Position numbers and translations under genes: made by a program
Assembly (NCBI GenBank): GCA_039621445.1
Contig: CP154954.1
Span: 21,526,954 to 21,590,953, forward strand
DNA from: Euglena gracilis
Taxonomy: Eukaryota
DNA: 64,000 bases
Reading direction: 5' to 3'
In this document: piece by piece, positions 37,627 to 51,005 of the stretch
Layout of the letters: each line of letters starts with the position of its first letter
How positions within the stretch are numbered: position 1 is the first letter of the stretch
Notes under the pieces: model-generated
Told to the model about the DNA's origin: nothing
Database searches by the model: none
What the model saw: the letters and a program-made list of their open reading frames with translations, nothing else

Positions 37627-39869
37627 CTTCTACACACACTCATCCAAGGCGCTCACAATCACATTCACACACTCGAACTCACTCGCTCGCTCGGTCGCTC
37701 ACTCACTCACAATTGCACCACCCATGACCAGAAACACAGAAAAAATGGCTGATGTTTTTGTTAAAAAACTTTTTGACTGTTCTTCTGGATCACGCGCGCT
37801 TTTTACATTTTTGGAGGATACTGAATTCACATTCATTGGTGGAGAATCTTCACCAAAAATATAAAAGTATTAAAATCTCAAAAGATGATGAATCCCCCCC
37901 CTTTTTTGAAACCAGAACTTTTTGAGACCTGGATGTAGATTGGTAAAGGATGTGTATACAAGACCTTTCTTGTTCACAACGGTTGAGATTCAGTTTCTTA
38001 AGATGATGTCAACTGGCAAATTCTTAACTCTACTTGACCAACTACATTACACCCAGAGTACAAGCAACCCGCGACCTGTGGCGGCACAGGGAGTCACAAG
38101 GGGGTTTCTCTTGTGGCGAGGGCCAAAAGAGGCGTTTCCCTGGGCCCGGGGCACGGTTTGGGTGAAGCTTTGCTACCCACCGTGATCTGCTTCACTTGAC
38201 CAACATTGGCCACCCACCTGGACAACACAGCCACATTTTGGCAGTACGGGGGGGGGTGCGGACACCCCAGTGAACTTCACCGGTGAACGTTCACGGGGGG
38301 GGGGGGGAGGGGGAGGGGGTAGTTTTGGTGGTGAAATTCACTGGTGAAGTTCACCAGTGAACTTCACCGTTTTGATGGTTGGGGGTGAAATTTTGATGGG
38401 TGAAATTTTGCTTCTTTTCCTCTTAAAATGGACATTTTGAGGTTGATGGTTCATGGAATTTATCGAAATTCCATGAGCCATGAAATGAAAGAATTGCCCC
38501 AAAATGACATTTTTGGCCATTTTTGGCCAAGAAAGTGCTCTTGTGGTGAACTTCACCGGTGAATTTCACCGTTGGGGTAGGCAGATGGGGGGGGGGAGGG
38601 GGTCCGGGACCCCCCGGTGAACTTTCAAACGGTGAACTTCACCTAGGGGGGGGGGGAGGGGGGGTCCGGGACCCCAAAAATTACTGCCTGATCTCCAAGT
38701 TTGCCATGACCTCTTCATGTGTGAAGCAGCGAGCATCGGATTTACACCCACACCAATGTGGGGTGGCAACACCCAAGGGCAGGAGGTTGGGAAATATTCA
38801 CCGTGCAGTTTTTGCAGGTTTTTTTGCAGTTTTCACGTTTTGGGTTTTTTGCAGTTTTTTGCAGTTTTTTTTTTGCAGTTTTTGCAGTTTTTTTATTATT
38901 TTCGTTTTGAGGAAACCCGAGTGTTTGTTTTTTTTTTCCGGATTGTATGTTTGACAGGTGTTTCTCAAGAAAATGCATCATCTATTCATGAGTTGTGTTG
39001 TCTACAGCTATGCCTTGCCCTCAACTGGCTTGCCAACTCCTTTGCCTCTCAATACAACAGAGATTGGTGTAGCCACCATTCCAAATAATAGATTGTTTCT
39101 GTGACAAGACCACAATTACTCCCAACCAAAATTGCTCCACTCCAGCAAGGTTTTATTTAGTCGTGGAGTTGCTGCTGCATCTTCAACGGGAGTGCCCCGT
39201 CTACAAGAAGAAGCCGAAGTTCAATATACATGGGAGACAAGGGGGGATGGGGGGGTCCGAGGGGGGGGTTGGAAGTTGTACACGGGGGGGAGGGGGGGGG
39301 TCCCCAGAAAATCACAACTGTACTGCCTACCCCCGAGACAGTTGCGACATTTTTCGTCCAATTGAGGTTGTCTTTGTTGTACATACATTTTGTGCAGTTC
39401 AGATTGCATCTTACGGGAAGATGACCAATGCTGTTGCGTTTGTGATTGTTCATATGACATTTGTCCAAAATTTCACCCTTGGCCCAGAATGCCGAATGAT
39501 AGTCAATGTTTTCATTTTAAACACTCAGCAGAAGTGTTGAAACTCTGAAGGTTAATTTCCTTGCAATGATGGATTTTGCGAAATTCAGATGCATTTTGCG
39601 AAATATTTGTTTCTTGTGAAAAGAATGGTAGCCAATGTTTTCACTTTGAACACTTAGCAGAAAGGCAGGAAGCAGCTTCAATCACTCCCCCTTGGCACAC
39701 CATGCGGAATTGTAGCCAATGTGCGGAATTGTAGCCAATGTTTTGCCCCTGTGTCCTGGTTCGTTACGGCTACGGCTACGGCTACTGGCATGTTCAGATT
39801 TCTGTCAATTCTCCCCTCTCTGTTTCTTTCCTTCAGCCATTTCTCATCTTTCTTTGTCCCTGACATATT

Positions 39870-41186
39870 GAACCTCGGCTTTTTTTACATGGGAAAAAAA
39901 GGTGCTTTGCACACAAAAAAAAGGAGAAACGGTCTGAAATTTCTGAAAAAAGCAGAACATTTATTACACGGCGGAAATTAAAAAATGAATTACGCCGTAA
40001 GTTACGCGTAAGTTACAAGCGAAACTTACAATTGTAAATTACGTCGCAATGCTATTCTCGGGTCACGGGCGGGTCACGGGCGGGTCACGGGGGGGTCACG
40101 GGGGTAGCACCCCCCCCCCCCCAGTCTACCGCCATGCCTTGGCACTCCATGTGCCTGGGCTTTGCCTCTGAACGAGGGGGGGGAGAAAAACAAACAACAA
40201 AATGCGCACCTTCGTGAAACAGTTCTTGAGGCAAATGACGTTGGGTTTGTGTGTTGTTGTCATCCCATGTGAGAAGAAACAAGTCAAAGGTCTCTGCAAA
40301 AAAAAATGCAGTTCAAGGTTTGTTTATAGCCAAAGGGGGGGACTATTTTTGGACCCGAAGGCAGCAACCCGCCTGAAAAAGTGCATTGGCTTGGATGAAT
40401 TCCAAAATAAAAATTGGCGGTGTACTTAATCGGCGCGGTCTTGCCCCTCAAAGGAAATAGCCGTGTGACCTCGTGGGTTTCGAACCCACGACCACACCAT
40501 CATAAGACATGCTCCGCCATCATGTTAATGGTCACTCTGTATGCATTTGTCATGGACTTTTGTCAAAATTTCTTAAAGAATGTCATTTTGGCCATTTTTT
40601 TGCCAAACAAGTGCTCTTGTAGTGAACTTCACCAGTGAAGTTAACTTCACTAGTGAAGTTAACTTCACCCAATTTACCTTAACCAAATTTAACTTACCCT
40701 CACCCCCCTCAAAATGTCACCCCCCAAATGTGGCCAAATTTTTTGGCAAATTTTGGTTTATCCCCTCAAAGGGTTACCCCTCATTTTCCTTCGACATCAA
40801 AGGCGACAAAGGCCAAAATTTGACCTCCCCTCCAAAGTGTCCCCCCCCCCGGAGTGGCCATTTGGGTGCCACGATGCCTGGAGGGTGGCCACTTTGAGGG
40901 GGGTGAGGGTAGTGAAATTAAGTTAGTTAAGCTAACTTCACTGAGGCAGATGAGGGGGAGGGTTTCCGGGACCCCCCCCCCCGGTGTACTTCACCGTGGT
41001 TTCAAACAATGAACTTTATGGGGGGTCAAAATGCAAGGAATGATTGAGCAAGGAAAGAGGGGTCCTGCGGTGTGTGATTTTTTTTAAATTTCATAACTTT
41101 CATAAATTTCAAAAATTACCATAAGTTACGGTAAGTTACGGGTGTGCAAATTATCAAAAATAAATTACGCAAAATTTGCAATGCTA
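39870..41186. mobile_element. TAGCATTGC-terminus element, copy A (left end inverted)
   Basis: 40250-41186 matches 46238-47180; 39885-40054 is the reverse complement of the left part of copy B. Confidence 0.7.
40464..40535 (-). pseudogene. tRNA-like sequence inside a repeat
   Basis: 72 nt; gtgacc/ggtcac acceptor-like stem; T-arm gtggg-TTCGAAA-cccac; degenerate D and anticodon arms. Confidence 0.55.
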
Positions 41187-42307
41187 CCCGAGAATGGAGC
41201 CTTCAATTTTCATACAATGCATCAACCTTCATCACTCCAGCCTTTCTTTTCATTCAATCAGCCTGCTTTTTGATGTAGGTGGCGTTTTTGGTCGCTTTTC
41301 ATCAATTTTCTGCTTCAAACCATCGAAAATTTGCCTTGACATGATCAAAAAAATGGAAAGAAACGCCAAGATTTGAGGTGAAAAGATTTTCGACCCAAAC
41401 AATGGTGCCTTTTTGGCGTATTAATTTGACCCAAAATATGCCCCATTGGCAAAAGGGGAGATTGCGCAAGTCTCATGGCAAAAGGGGTGGAGGGGAAACA
41501 TGAAATTTTTGTGGAAGAAAAACCCCCAAAAAGCAGAAAAGAATTGTCCTCACCCACCTTCCATTTGGGCAACCAAATCCCTTTTTGACACCCAACATCC
41601 AATGCACCTTCACACCCAAAAATGGCCAAAAATCTTGCCCCTAAATGTGCCAAAATTGCATTTCCACACACAAAACAGAATTTTGGGTACATTTTTTTTT
41701 TCAAAATGGCCATTTTGGGCCATTTTCTCCAAAATGGCCCAAAATGCATCCCAAAAAAATGTGACGGTCAAGAAATTCCTAACAAAATTCGCTTTCAAAA
41801 GATGGAAAAAAAAGATCAAGTTCGGACATAAAAGTCACCCACCGTGTCGCCAAGACCAAGTCGCCCAATTGGTCGGCCAGAATATTATTGCAAATTTGTC
41901 CAAATCGGAAAAATCTGGAAATCGCCAAAAAACCACACCAAAAAGCGCAAAAGGCGTTAATTTTTCCAAAACTGGTTCCGCTCTACCCATACCCCCCCCT
42001 TATTGCCCCCCCCCCCCCTCATTGTCCTTGGGCCCCGGCTGACGGGGGATTTTTTGGCCCGGCCAATGAAATTCCTTTGGTACCCCCTTATTGCCCCCCC
42101 CCCTTGTTGTCCGCCTCCCGGGGAGAGGTCGGTGGGACAATAAGGGGGGGGGGAAAGAAATAAAAGCCCAGGGACCCCAACTTTAATTTGAACCCTGACA
42201 TCAAACACATTTTGGCACAAAACCAACATCAGCATAATCTTGTTTTTGCGCCTTGGAGTTGGGGAACCGGTCCCTTTTCCATTTGGGTGGGCCGAGGCCT
42301 GCTTGTA

Positions 42308-43650
42308 CAGGAGAGGCTTTTATTCCGCACGTGAAGTATTTCCGTTCACTTTAAATCCGCCGCTCTTAAACCGTTTAGAGCGCCGAAACAAGGACCACCC
42401 GTCGGTATTTTGGCGACCGGATTAAAACCGCGAAATTTCCGCCCTGGAATTATGTCCTACCGAAAATTATTCTCTTCTGGAGGGAAAAAATATTTGGCGA
42501 CGCTACTGACTTCTCTGGGCATCAAGCGCTCAAAGGTGTGCCAAACAATTCTTTCATGCAGATTGGCTTCATTCTTTCATACAGCCAACAAGTGAAGGCC
42601 CATTGTGTATTCAAGTTTTAAGAACAAGCTGCCAAACTTCAAGTTACAAGTTTCAAGATCAAGGTGTGTTGCTTGAAAGTTAAGGAAGTCGAAAGAAAAG
42701 TGAATGAAGCAAATTGAGTTTGAGGTGCTGCTGCAGAAGTTCCTGGTGATGTGCTGCAGAAGTTATTGGTACCTTTGGCAACTTTCATGTTTCAGCTGTG
42801 CTTTGCCTTGCCCTGAGATCTGAGAAAATCACTTTCAAACAGTTTTTTTTGTCAACCCAGCAACTGAAACATTCACCCCCCTCCCCCATTTTGGTGCCAC
42901 ATCTTGGAGGCCACAGATGGGGAAACATCTTGGCCACAGATGGGGAAACATTTTGGGTCCAGTTTGATGGCACATTTTGGGGACATTTTGGCACATCTTG
43001 GGTGCAGTTTGGTGCCACAGCCGGGGGCAACATTTTGTTGTCACACATCTTGGCCACAGTTGGGGGAAACATTTTGGCTCCAGTTTCCTGGCACATTTTG
43101 GGGATTGGGCCACAAATCTTGGCCACAGCTCGCACATCTTGGGCACAGCTGCGGGCCAGAAATCTTGGCCACAGATGGGGGAAACATTGTGTCCAGTTTG
43201 ATTTTGGGGCCAGTTTGGTGCAATAGGTGGGGCAACATTTTGGTGCCACAGGTTGGTCACAGTTGGGGGAAACACTTTGTGACCAGTTTTTCTGGAACAG
43301 CTTGGGCGCCCACAGTTTGGGACGGGTTTGGTGCCCTAGGTGGGCAGCTTTGTTCCCCATCTCGGGCAAGTTTTTGCGACCCAGGTGGGTGGCCCTGTTT
43401 TATTTTTTCCGGGGTCCTGTCCAAAAATCCCGATTTGCCTCAAGTCAAGACGCATTTAAAATCTGTCCGTTCAGCCGGTGGCGACTTTGGTTTCATCACG
43501 TTAAACAGGTGGCCTCATTTCTGCCGGCTTTTATTCACGGGATTTTTTGCGTCGGTATAAAGGCGCCGAATCTTGGGGGTCGTGCGGGGATAAAAGCCAC
43601 GGAATTAGATTTTACAAATTAATTGGCCATCGGATTTAAAGCCTCTCCTG
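42308..43650. mobile_element. Tc1/mariner/pogo-like non-autonomous element
   Basis: ta|caggagaggcttt ... aaagcctctcctg|ta; internal ttggccacag-rich low-complexity block at 42890-43370. Confidence 0.75.
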
Positions 43651-44374
43651 TATTGGGACGGGGGTGCTCCAATATGCAGGGGGGAAATACAAACACATTT
43701 TTGTGTTTTGTGTTTTACATTTTACTAACCACCTTCCCCTTGTGGTGGGTTAGGAGACTGAGGATTAGGAATAGCATTGCGACGTAATTTACAATTGTAA
43801 GTTTCACTTGAAACTTACGCGTAACTTATGGCCAGGGTTGACGTTTTTTTGTTTTTTTTTAAAAAACAAAAAAACGTGTTTTTTTAAAAAAAACGCAAAA
43901 AAACATGTTTTTTGAAAAGCAAAAATTGACCTTTTTCCTTGCGAAATCGCCATTTTTTTGAGGAAAATTTTTCGGGTGTGGTTCGGGTCACGGGGGGGGG
44001 GGTCACGGGGGAACACTACATTTTTGGTGGCCAAATTAGGAATCACCGAAAACAAATTTTTGGGAATTTTTGGGAAACAAATTTTCAGGCTCCAAATTAG
44101 GAATCCCCCAACCTAAAATTCGTAATTTTGGCACCAAATTAGGCATCACCAGTCCAAATTTTGCAAAATTTATGCCTAAAAATTAGGAATCTGCCTGAAT
44201 ATTTTGTCAAATTAGGCATCACTGGCCAAATTTTTTTCAGAAAAAAATTGGCCGAAAAGGGTCTTGGGTCGGGTTGGGGGGGGGGTCACGGGGGGAACAC
44301 CCGCTCTAAAGTTTTTTTTATTGGTTAAAATATTTTTCAAATATGTGTTTTCTGGTGCAAAAAAATCATGCTTT

Positions 44375-45921
44375 CTATACACAAATTGTGGCTGAGCCCA
44401 GATTTCAGCCTGAAAACGTGTTCAGCCAGGGGCCCCCTTCGGGGGCCCCCTGAACACGTTTTCTGTGTCAAGAACTGTGTTTGGGCCAAGAGTTGGGGGG
44501 AGCCCAGGGGCGGGGACCGCGGCGCCGAAGGCGCCGTGGTCGCCCCTGGGCCCCCCTAAAACCTTGGCCCAAAACACTGTTCTTGTTTGAAACCGTGTTT
44601 TGGGCGAAGATTTAAGACTTTTAAAGTCTCGAAATCGGCCCAAACACGGTTTCAGGCTGAAATCTGGGCTCAGCCACAATTTGTTTGAAAACGTGCCTAA
44701 CCACAGATGCCTTAATTGAAAACGTGTCATTGCCACAGATGCCCTCATTGAAAACGTGTCACCCCCCCTTTTCCGCAGCCCTCCCACTATGGCTAAACGC
44801 ACGGCTAACTTTTGTGAATGGTCTTTTACCACCTCCCCCTAGGACGGAACTGTTCCTGGCTGCTCTCGCGGTATACCAGCAAGATGCCAAGAAGCCGAAG
44901 GTTGACCCCCTTCATGGCACCTTGCTGGCACAGGGCAACACAAAGAAAAAGTCCGGCTCCGTAGGTGCAGAGCTTGCTGCTGTTGCCAACCGTTTGGAGT
45001 TCGCCAAACTGTGTCAACATCGGCAAGCCTCTTATCCTGAGCTGGATGCTTTCTTTGCCTTTCTTTGCCTGGACGGGATGGGAGCTGGAACCCAGCCTGT
45101 TGTTCGATGAGGCGAGCGTCATTGAACAATGTGTGGCTCAACGTGAGCAGCAGTCGGGAACTTTGTTTGTTTCAGGGAATCGTTCTGCAACCTCTTTTCA
45201 GACATACGTGAACTTGGGCAAATTTTTGCGCCCCGCCAAGTGAGGAACACTCGGTCGAAAATCAGGACCTGACCGATGTTCCGTCTGTGTTTCCCACCGC
45301 CGAGCAACGTTCCGCTCCTGCGGTCAGCAGCTCCGTTCCCTCCCCTGACCAACCCGATGTCCCTCGTGCTGTGTCCCGACTGCCTATAAAACAGGAGAAA
45401 TGTGGTTTTTGTGGTGTTGCCATTCCCAAAAATCCAAATTGTGTGGAGCTGAACAAAGTTGTGTGTGACGCCTGCGGTTTGGCATATCATTTTCATTGCC
45501 AAGATTTGCGGCAGCCACCAAAGTATGGCTCTTTTTTGTGTAAAGCGTGTCGTGTTCCGTGATGTCCGCCACTCCGTGTCGTTGTGCTCCCAGGCAACCT
45601 AGCCTTCTGTTGTGTTGTAGAGTGCCCCCGACCCGCCTCACTCGTTGAGGACCACCCGGCCTCGCAACCGCCCGCTGATTTTTCATGACAGCGTTTTTTG
45701 CTTTTTACTCAGGGTTGCCACAGATGCCCTAATGGAAAACGTGCCTGAACACAGATGCCTTAATCGAAAACGTGTCATTGCCACAGATGCCCTCATTGAA
45801 AACGTGCCTAACCACAGATGCCTTAATTGAAAACGTGTCATTGCCACAGATGCCCTCATTGAAAACGTGTTCATGACCACGAATTTCAGGGCAGGCATTT
45901 GGCGGGCTGAACACGTTTTTA
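44375..45921 (+). mobile_element. PHD-fragment-bearing repeat element, copy 2
   Basis: Inverted copy of 29727-30871 with ~220 bp extra coding sequence and an insertion in the hairpin. Confidence 0.75.
45401..45562 (+). pseudogene. PHD finger coding fragment
   Basis: CGFC...VVCDACGLAYHFHCQDLRQPPKYGSFLCKAC matches the C4-H-C3 pattern. Confidence 0.8.
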
Positions 45922-46450
45922 ACCCAAAAAAAAAGACAAAAAATGAATGCTGCAGAAATAAAAAATGAACTTTTTCCCAAAAAAAACATTGAAAATTTTT
46001 TTCACCCAACCCCTCTATGACGTTTTTTTTCTTTTTTTTAAAAAAAACATATTTTTTTAAAAAAAACATGTTTTTTTTGTTTCAAAAAAACAAGCCGTCA
46101 ACCTTGCTTACAGCGTAATTCATTTTTTAATTTCTGCGGTGTAATTTATGTTCTACCTTTTTTTCAGAAAATTCATACCGTTTCTCCCTTTTTTTGTGTG
46201 CAAAGCACCTTTTTTTCCCATTTAAAAATTGGCTTTATGTGTTGTTGTCATCCCATGTGAGAAAAGACAAGTCAAAGGTCACTGCAAAAAGAATGAAGTT
46301 CAAGGTTTTGTTTATAGCCAAAGGGGAGACTATTTTTGGACCCAAAGGCAGCAACCCGCCTGAAAGAGTGCATTGGCTTGGATGAATTCCAAAATAAAAA
46401 TTGGCGGTGTACTTAATCGGCGCGGTCTTGCCCCTCAAAGGAAATAGCCG

Positions 46451-46522
46451 TGTGACCTCGTGGGTTTCGAACCCACGACCACACCATCATAAGACATGCT
46501 CCGCCATCATGTTAATGGTCAC
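46451..46522 (-). pseudogene. tRNA-like sequence, second copy
   Basis: Same sequence as 40464-40535. Confidence 0.55.
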
Positions 46523-49500
46523 TCTGTATGCATTTGTCATGGACTTTTGTCAAAATTTCTTAAAGAATGTCAGTTTGGCCATTTTTTTTGCCAAACAAGT
46601 GCTCTTGTAGTGAACTTCACCAGTGAAGTTAACTTCACCAGTGAAGTTAACTTCACCCAATTTACCTTAACCAAATTTAACTTACCCCCACCCCCCTCAA
46701 AATGTCACCCCCCAAACGTGGCCAAATTTTTTGGCAAATTTTGGTTTATCCCCTCAAAGGGTTTACCCCTCATTTTCCTTCGACACCAAAGGCGACAAAG
46801 GCCAAAATTTGACCTCCCCTCCAAAGTGCCCCCCCCCCCCCCCGGAGTGGCCATTTGGGTGCCACGATGCCTGGAGGGTGGCCACTTTGAGGGGGGTGAG
46901 GGTAGTGAAATTAAGTTAGTTAAGCTAACTTCACTGAGGCAGATGAGGGGAGGGTTTCCGGGACCCCCCCCCCCCCGGTGTACTTCACCGTAGTTTCAAA
47001 CAATGAACTTTATGGGGGGTCAAAATGCAAGGAATGATTGAGCAAGGAAAGAGGGGTCCTGGGGTGTGTGATTTTTTTTAAATTTCATAACTTTCATAAA
47101 TTTCAAAAATTACCGTAAGTTACGGTAAGTTACGGGTGTGCAAATTATCAAAAATAAATTACGCAAGATTTGCAATGCCAAATGGGAATTTTTTCAACCC
47201 ATAAAGTCCCGGATTTCTAACTAGGGTTGCATTATCTTGATTTTGCGTCTTGCCAGAGTTACACCCCGCCTACAGATTGCCTAGTCTTGTTTTTTTTTGT
47301 GTGCACTTGTCTTGGGGAGTTACGTCCAAAAACATTGTTTTTTTGTGACAAGTTTTTGTTGTTGTTTTACAGTTTGTTTGTTTGTTTGTTTGTTTGTTTG
47401 TTTGTTTTTTGGACCAGGGCCCAGAAAACGAGCTTTGGACCTAAATAAAAGCTTTGGAACATCTTGTCGACCGGTATTTTGATTTTCCCATGGCTCCATA
47501 CCTGGCCCAACTTTGGCGGTCAAACTCTCACTTAAATTTTCTTCTTTGTTGGTAGGCGCATTTGCCCAAATCGACCTTTTTTGAAAATTGCAGCAACTGG
47601 CTCCCGAAACCTCAAAATTGTAAACAGAATGCGATGTGGTACCCCCGTACGTAGCTCGTCGGCGAGATGGGGTGGGGGGGGGGTTGTGGGTAGTCGGCCG
47701 ACCAGTCGGCAAAATACCCACTCTAATGTACTAACGGGTCAAAACCGCCGACTTCTAAGCCCCCCCATGAAGAAAATCCTATGCAAACTAGTCGGTGGCT
47801 AGTCGGTGGTCATAGGCGGGTCCAAATCACCCGGAAATGGTCTGGATGGGTCCAAATAAGTGTCTTACACCAACATAAACATCCTCAGATGGGGGGTGTT
47901 CCCCCCGCGTCCCCCCCGCGTCCCGAATTTTGGCCGGGCACACTTTTTGGTCGACCAAAGGAAAATTGCATACAATTTTGGGTGACACCAAAGAAAACGT
48001 GTGGGGGTAGTTGGGCCACAGTTCCCCCCCACGTCCCCCCCCCCCCGCGTCCCCCTCCCCCCCCCCGTGTCCCGAACCACCCCCATGGAAATCTTTGGTC
48101 GGTGGGGGGTCGGTGGGGGTCCGGAGGGGTAAAGCGGCAGCCCGAACCGGCGTTCTGGAACACGGCTTCACGCCCGAACCGGCGTTCAGGACACAGTTGT
48201 TGAAACCGTGGATTAGGGGCTCTGGCTTCACGCCCGAACCGGCGTTCAAGGAATCACGGCCAATTTCGTCCTAAATACCTGCGCATTCCACTTCACCCAC
48301 TGCAATCCAGTGCCCAGCCTAGCCTACACTACTCTCATGAACGCGTGAAACACGCCACAACGCACGTGCAACCGTCCCCCACCCGGCGGAGGTGATGGGC
48401 CGGTTGATGCCAACGTTGTCCGACCCCGCGCCCCAGAGCATGCATGGCAGCACGCAGCTGATGGGCCCCCTGAACTGCCTTACGTTGGGCTGCGGTGCAC
48501 GGTGCAAGGAGCACTGTGCCCCACAATTAGACTCAGCACAGGGGATGAGCACCGTGTGGCACCTCGAGTGAAACACCCCTGTCGCCACCTTTAGCATCAT
48601 TCCCAAAAACGGTCTATGAACACGGAATTATTTCACAATCCAAATGGACTCAAAGAAGCGAACACCATTGGTCAGTCCTTGCCCCAAACTTTCCCCAAGC
48701 CCTTGAGACCATGAGTCAGGCACAAGCACATCACAAAAGAAACTTGCCGATAATCCCAGTAATTTTTTCTGTTCTGCTTTTTCTGTGCCACATGTCCACA
48801 AAGCATTTTGCACACCTTTTGGCACTTTTCATTTGGGGTCTTTCCCGCCCGAACCGGTGTCCTGAACCAGTAAACAACATTGGACCTCTGTGGTCGTGTT
48901 AAATCCAAACAGCTAATTTTTGTGGTGTTTAGCCCCAGTCTGGAAGAGGCATCAAACCATTCAGAATGCGCACCTGCGCACTTTGCTTCCGAAATGCGCG
49001 GATGCGCATTTTCAAAAAAAAACTGCCAGAATTTTGTGACTCAACAAGAAAAATGCATTCCCAGCTGTCTAAGAACTTGGTGAACTGAACACCAGCCGTG
49101 CCAGGAGGCTCATGGTGGAACACAGGAAGCGTAAGGCTCTGTACGTCCCTTTTTTTGCAGACACGACCAGAAGGGACAAATTCCCGAAGGGGAAGGACAA
49201 ATCCGCTTCCTACACACTACACAGAAGGAGGCCAGGCAGCGAGTTCGGGTCCCAAACCCCCCCAGGGATCGACACGAAGCCCTTCAGCATTCTGGTAGGT
49301 GGTGAGCAGGGTAGTGAGTGAGGATGGTTGGAGTGGGGATCCCGACCCTCCCGAGGGGTCAAAGTGGTGGCGGGGGGTGTCCAGATCACCACCCCAGGTG
49401 TTGGGAGGTGGCTCTGGAGCTCCCCCTCCTTCCCTCCTTGACTGAAAGACATAACCACGAAAATTTTCTCCTAGTGCTATGCACTGGAGATGGCAAAAGT

Positions 49501-51005
49501 CACATTTCCCCTCGAATGTTCCATGTTTATCCATTGTTTTGCGCAATTGTTCATATTCTTGCCTATTTGGAAATTTTTCATTTTTTTTGTATGTTTTGTT
49601 GTTTTTTTTTTTTTGAAAAATCAATTTTTTATATTTTTTTATATGGGGTTTATTCTGTGAATTAGAATTCATTGTTACCTTTTTGGTTTTGTAAAGGAGT
49701 TGAACCTACCAGTCATTTTTGCCAAAATATGATGTTTTGGAGAGAGATTGACAAACCTCCTTGATTTCCCTCTCCCAGTCGCGGCAGGGAGGGTATGTTG
49801 TTTTGTCACCGAAGTCTGGGGCAGGGGGTGTACATTATTTTAGGGGGGTTACTCAAAAACTCTCACTGAATCAAAAAAGCTGACCTCACCAAACCTCATT
49901 TTCTCTCTCTCTCTCTCTCTCCCAAAAATTCATTAAAACACCAAACAAGGAGCATTTTTTTTCTTATTCACAATTGTATTTCGCCGTGGCACAAATATTT
50001 TTTTTTACTGCGGCCGCGCTTCAAAGAAATTTTTGCCGCGGCTGTCACGGTACAAGCAGAATTGCCTCGATGGTTACGACGCTGGGAAAAAGATTTGCCG
50101 TGGTTGTCGCAGTGCAAACATTTTTTTTTTGCCGTGGTGCAGCACCCAGCAAATATTGGCAGCAGTGCCCCGCCCACAATTTTATTGTTGATAACCTGTG
50201 AAAACACACATGGCTTGCACAAAAGTTCTCTCTTTCCCACCTTATACCCATATCGGTGTGAAAACACATAACATAGCTTGCACCAAAATTCATTCCCTCC
50301 TGCCTTATACCCATCTCGGGGATGGTCCAGAAAGTATCAAGAGGCCAGACAAGAGGAATAAGGTATTTGTGGCACACAGAAAAAAAATTCCGCAGCGGTC
50401 ACGGTTACAACCTTCAAAAATTTCTGCAGCTGCCACAGCGTACAGAATAATTTTTGCCGTGGCGCTGCCGGTTACAATTTTGTTCCCGCGGTGGTCGCGG
50501 CGCATAGAAACATTTTTCCCAGTCGCACTAACTACAAGTCTGGTTTGAAGGTGCGGCAACAAAAATTGGGCTGCATTTTTTGTTATAAAGATTGGATTTG
50601 TTTATTCTGGGAACGTCTGCTTTTTTCATATCTTCATAGTGTTGCAAAGTGCAGAATACAACACATTTTGGCATTTGCCTCCAAAGAAAATTCAGGGTTT
50701 CACCAAATTTTCACACAAAACGCCAAAAAAGGCGTGGGCTGGACCTGTCCAGGGGGTGGTTTGTCCAGCTGGCGTTTGGACTCAGCTGGTACCCCCCAAA
50801 AATAGGAAAAAAGCTTGAATTCCAAAATACCCTCAAAAATGCAATTTGTACCCCTTTTTACATACAGTCCAGCTCGGGTGGGCCGCGTTGGACCCATTTT
50901 ATTATTTTTTATTTTTGAGTACCCTCGGGGGGGGGGGGGGCAGGGATACGCAGGAAGCCCTGGGGGGGTTGAACCCCCTCCTCCAACATCAAAACCAACA
51001 TTGAC

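Larger units (their letters stand above)
43772..47180. mobile_element. TAGCATTGC-terminus element, copy B, with nested insertions
   Basis: tagcattgc ... gcaatgcca; imperfect flanks attaggaa / aatgggaa; contains the PHD element. Confidence 0.65.

Noticed and set aside
37745-39540. Possible + strand gene divergent from gene A (MADVFVKKLF...)
   Set aside because: Could not assemble frame-consistent exons or any motif; left uncalled
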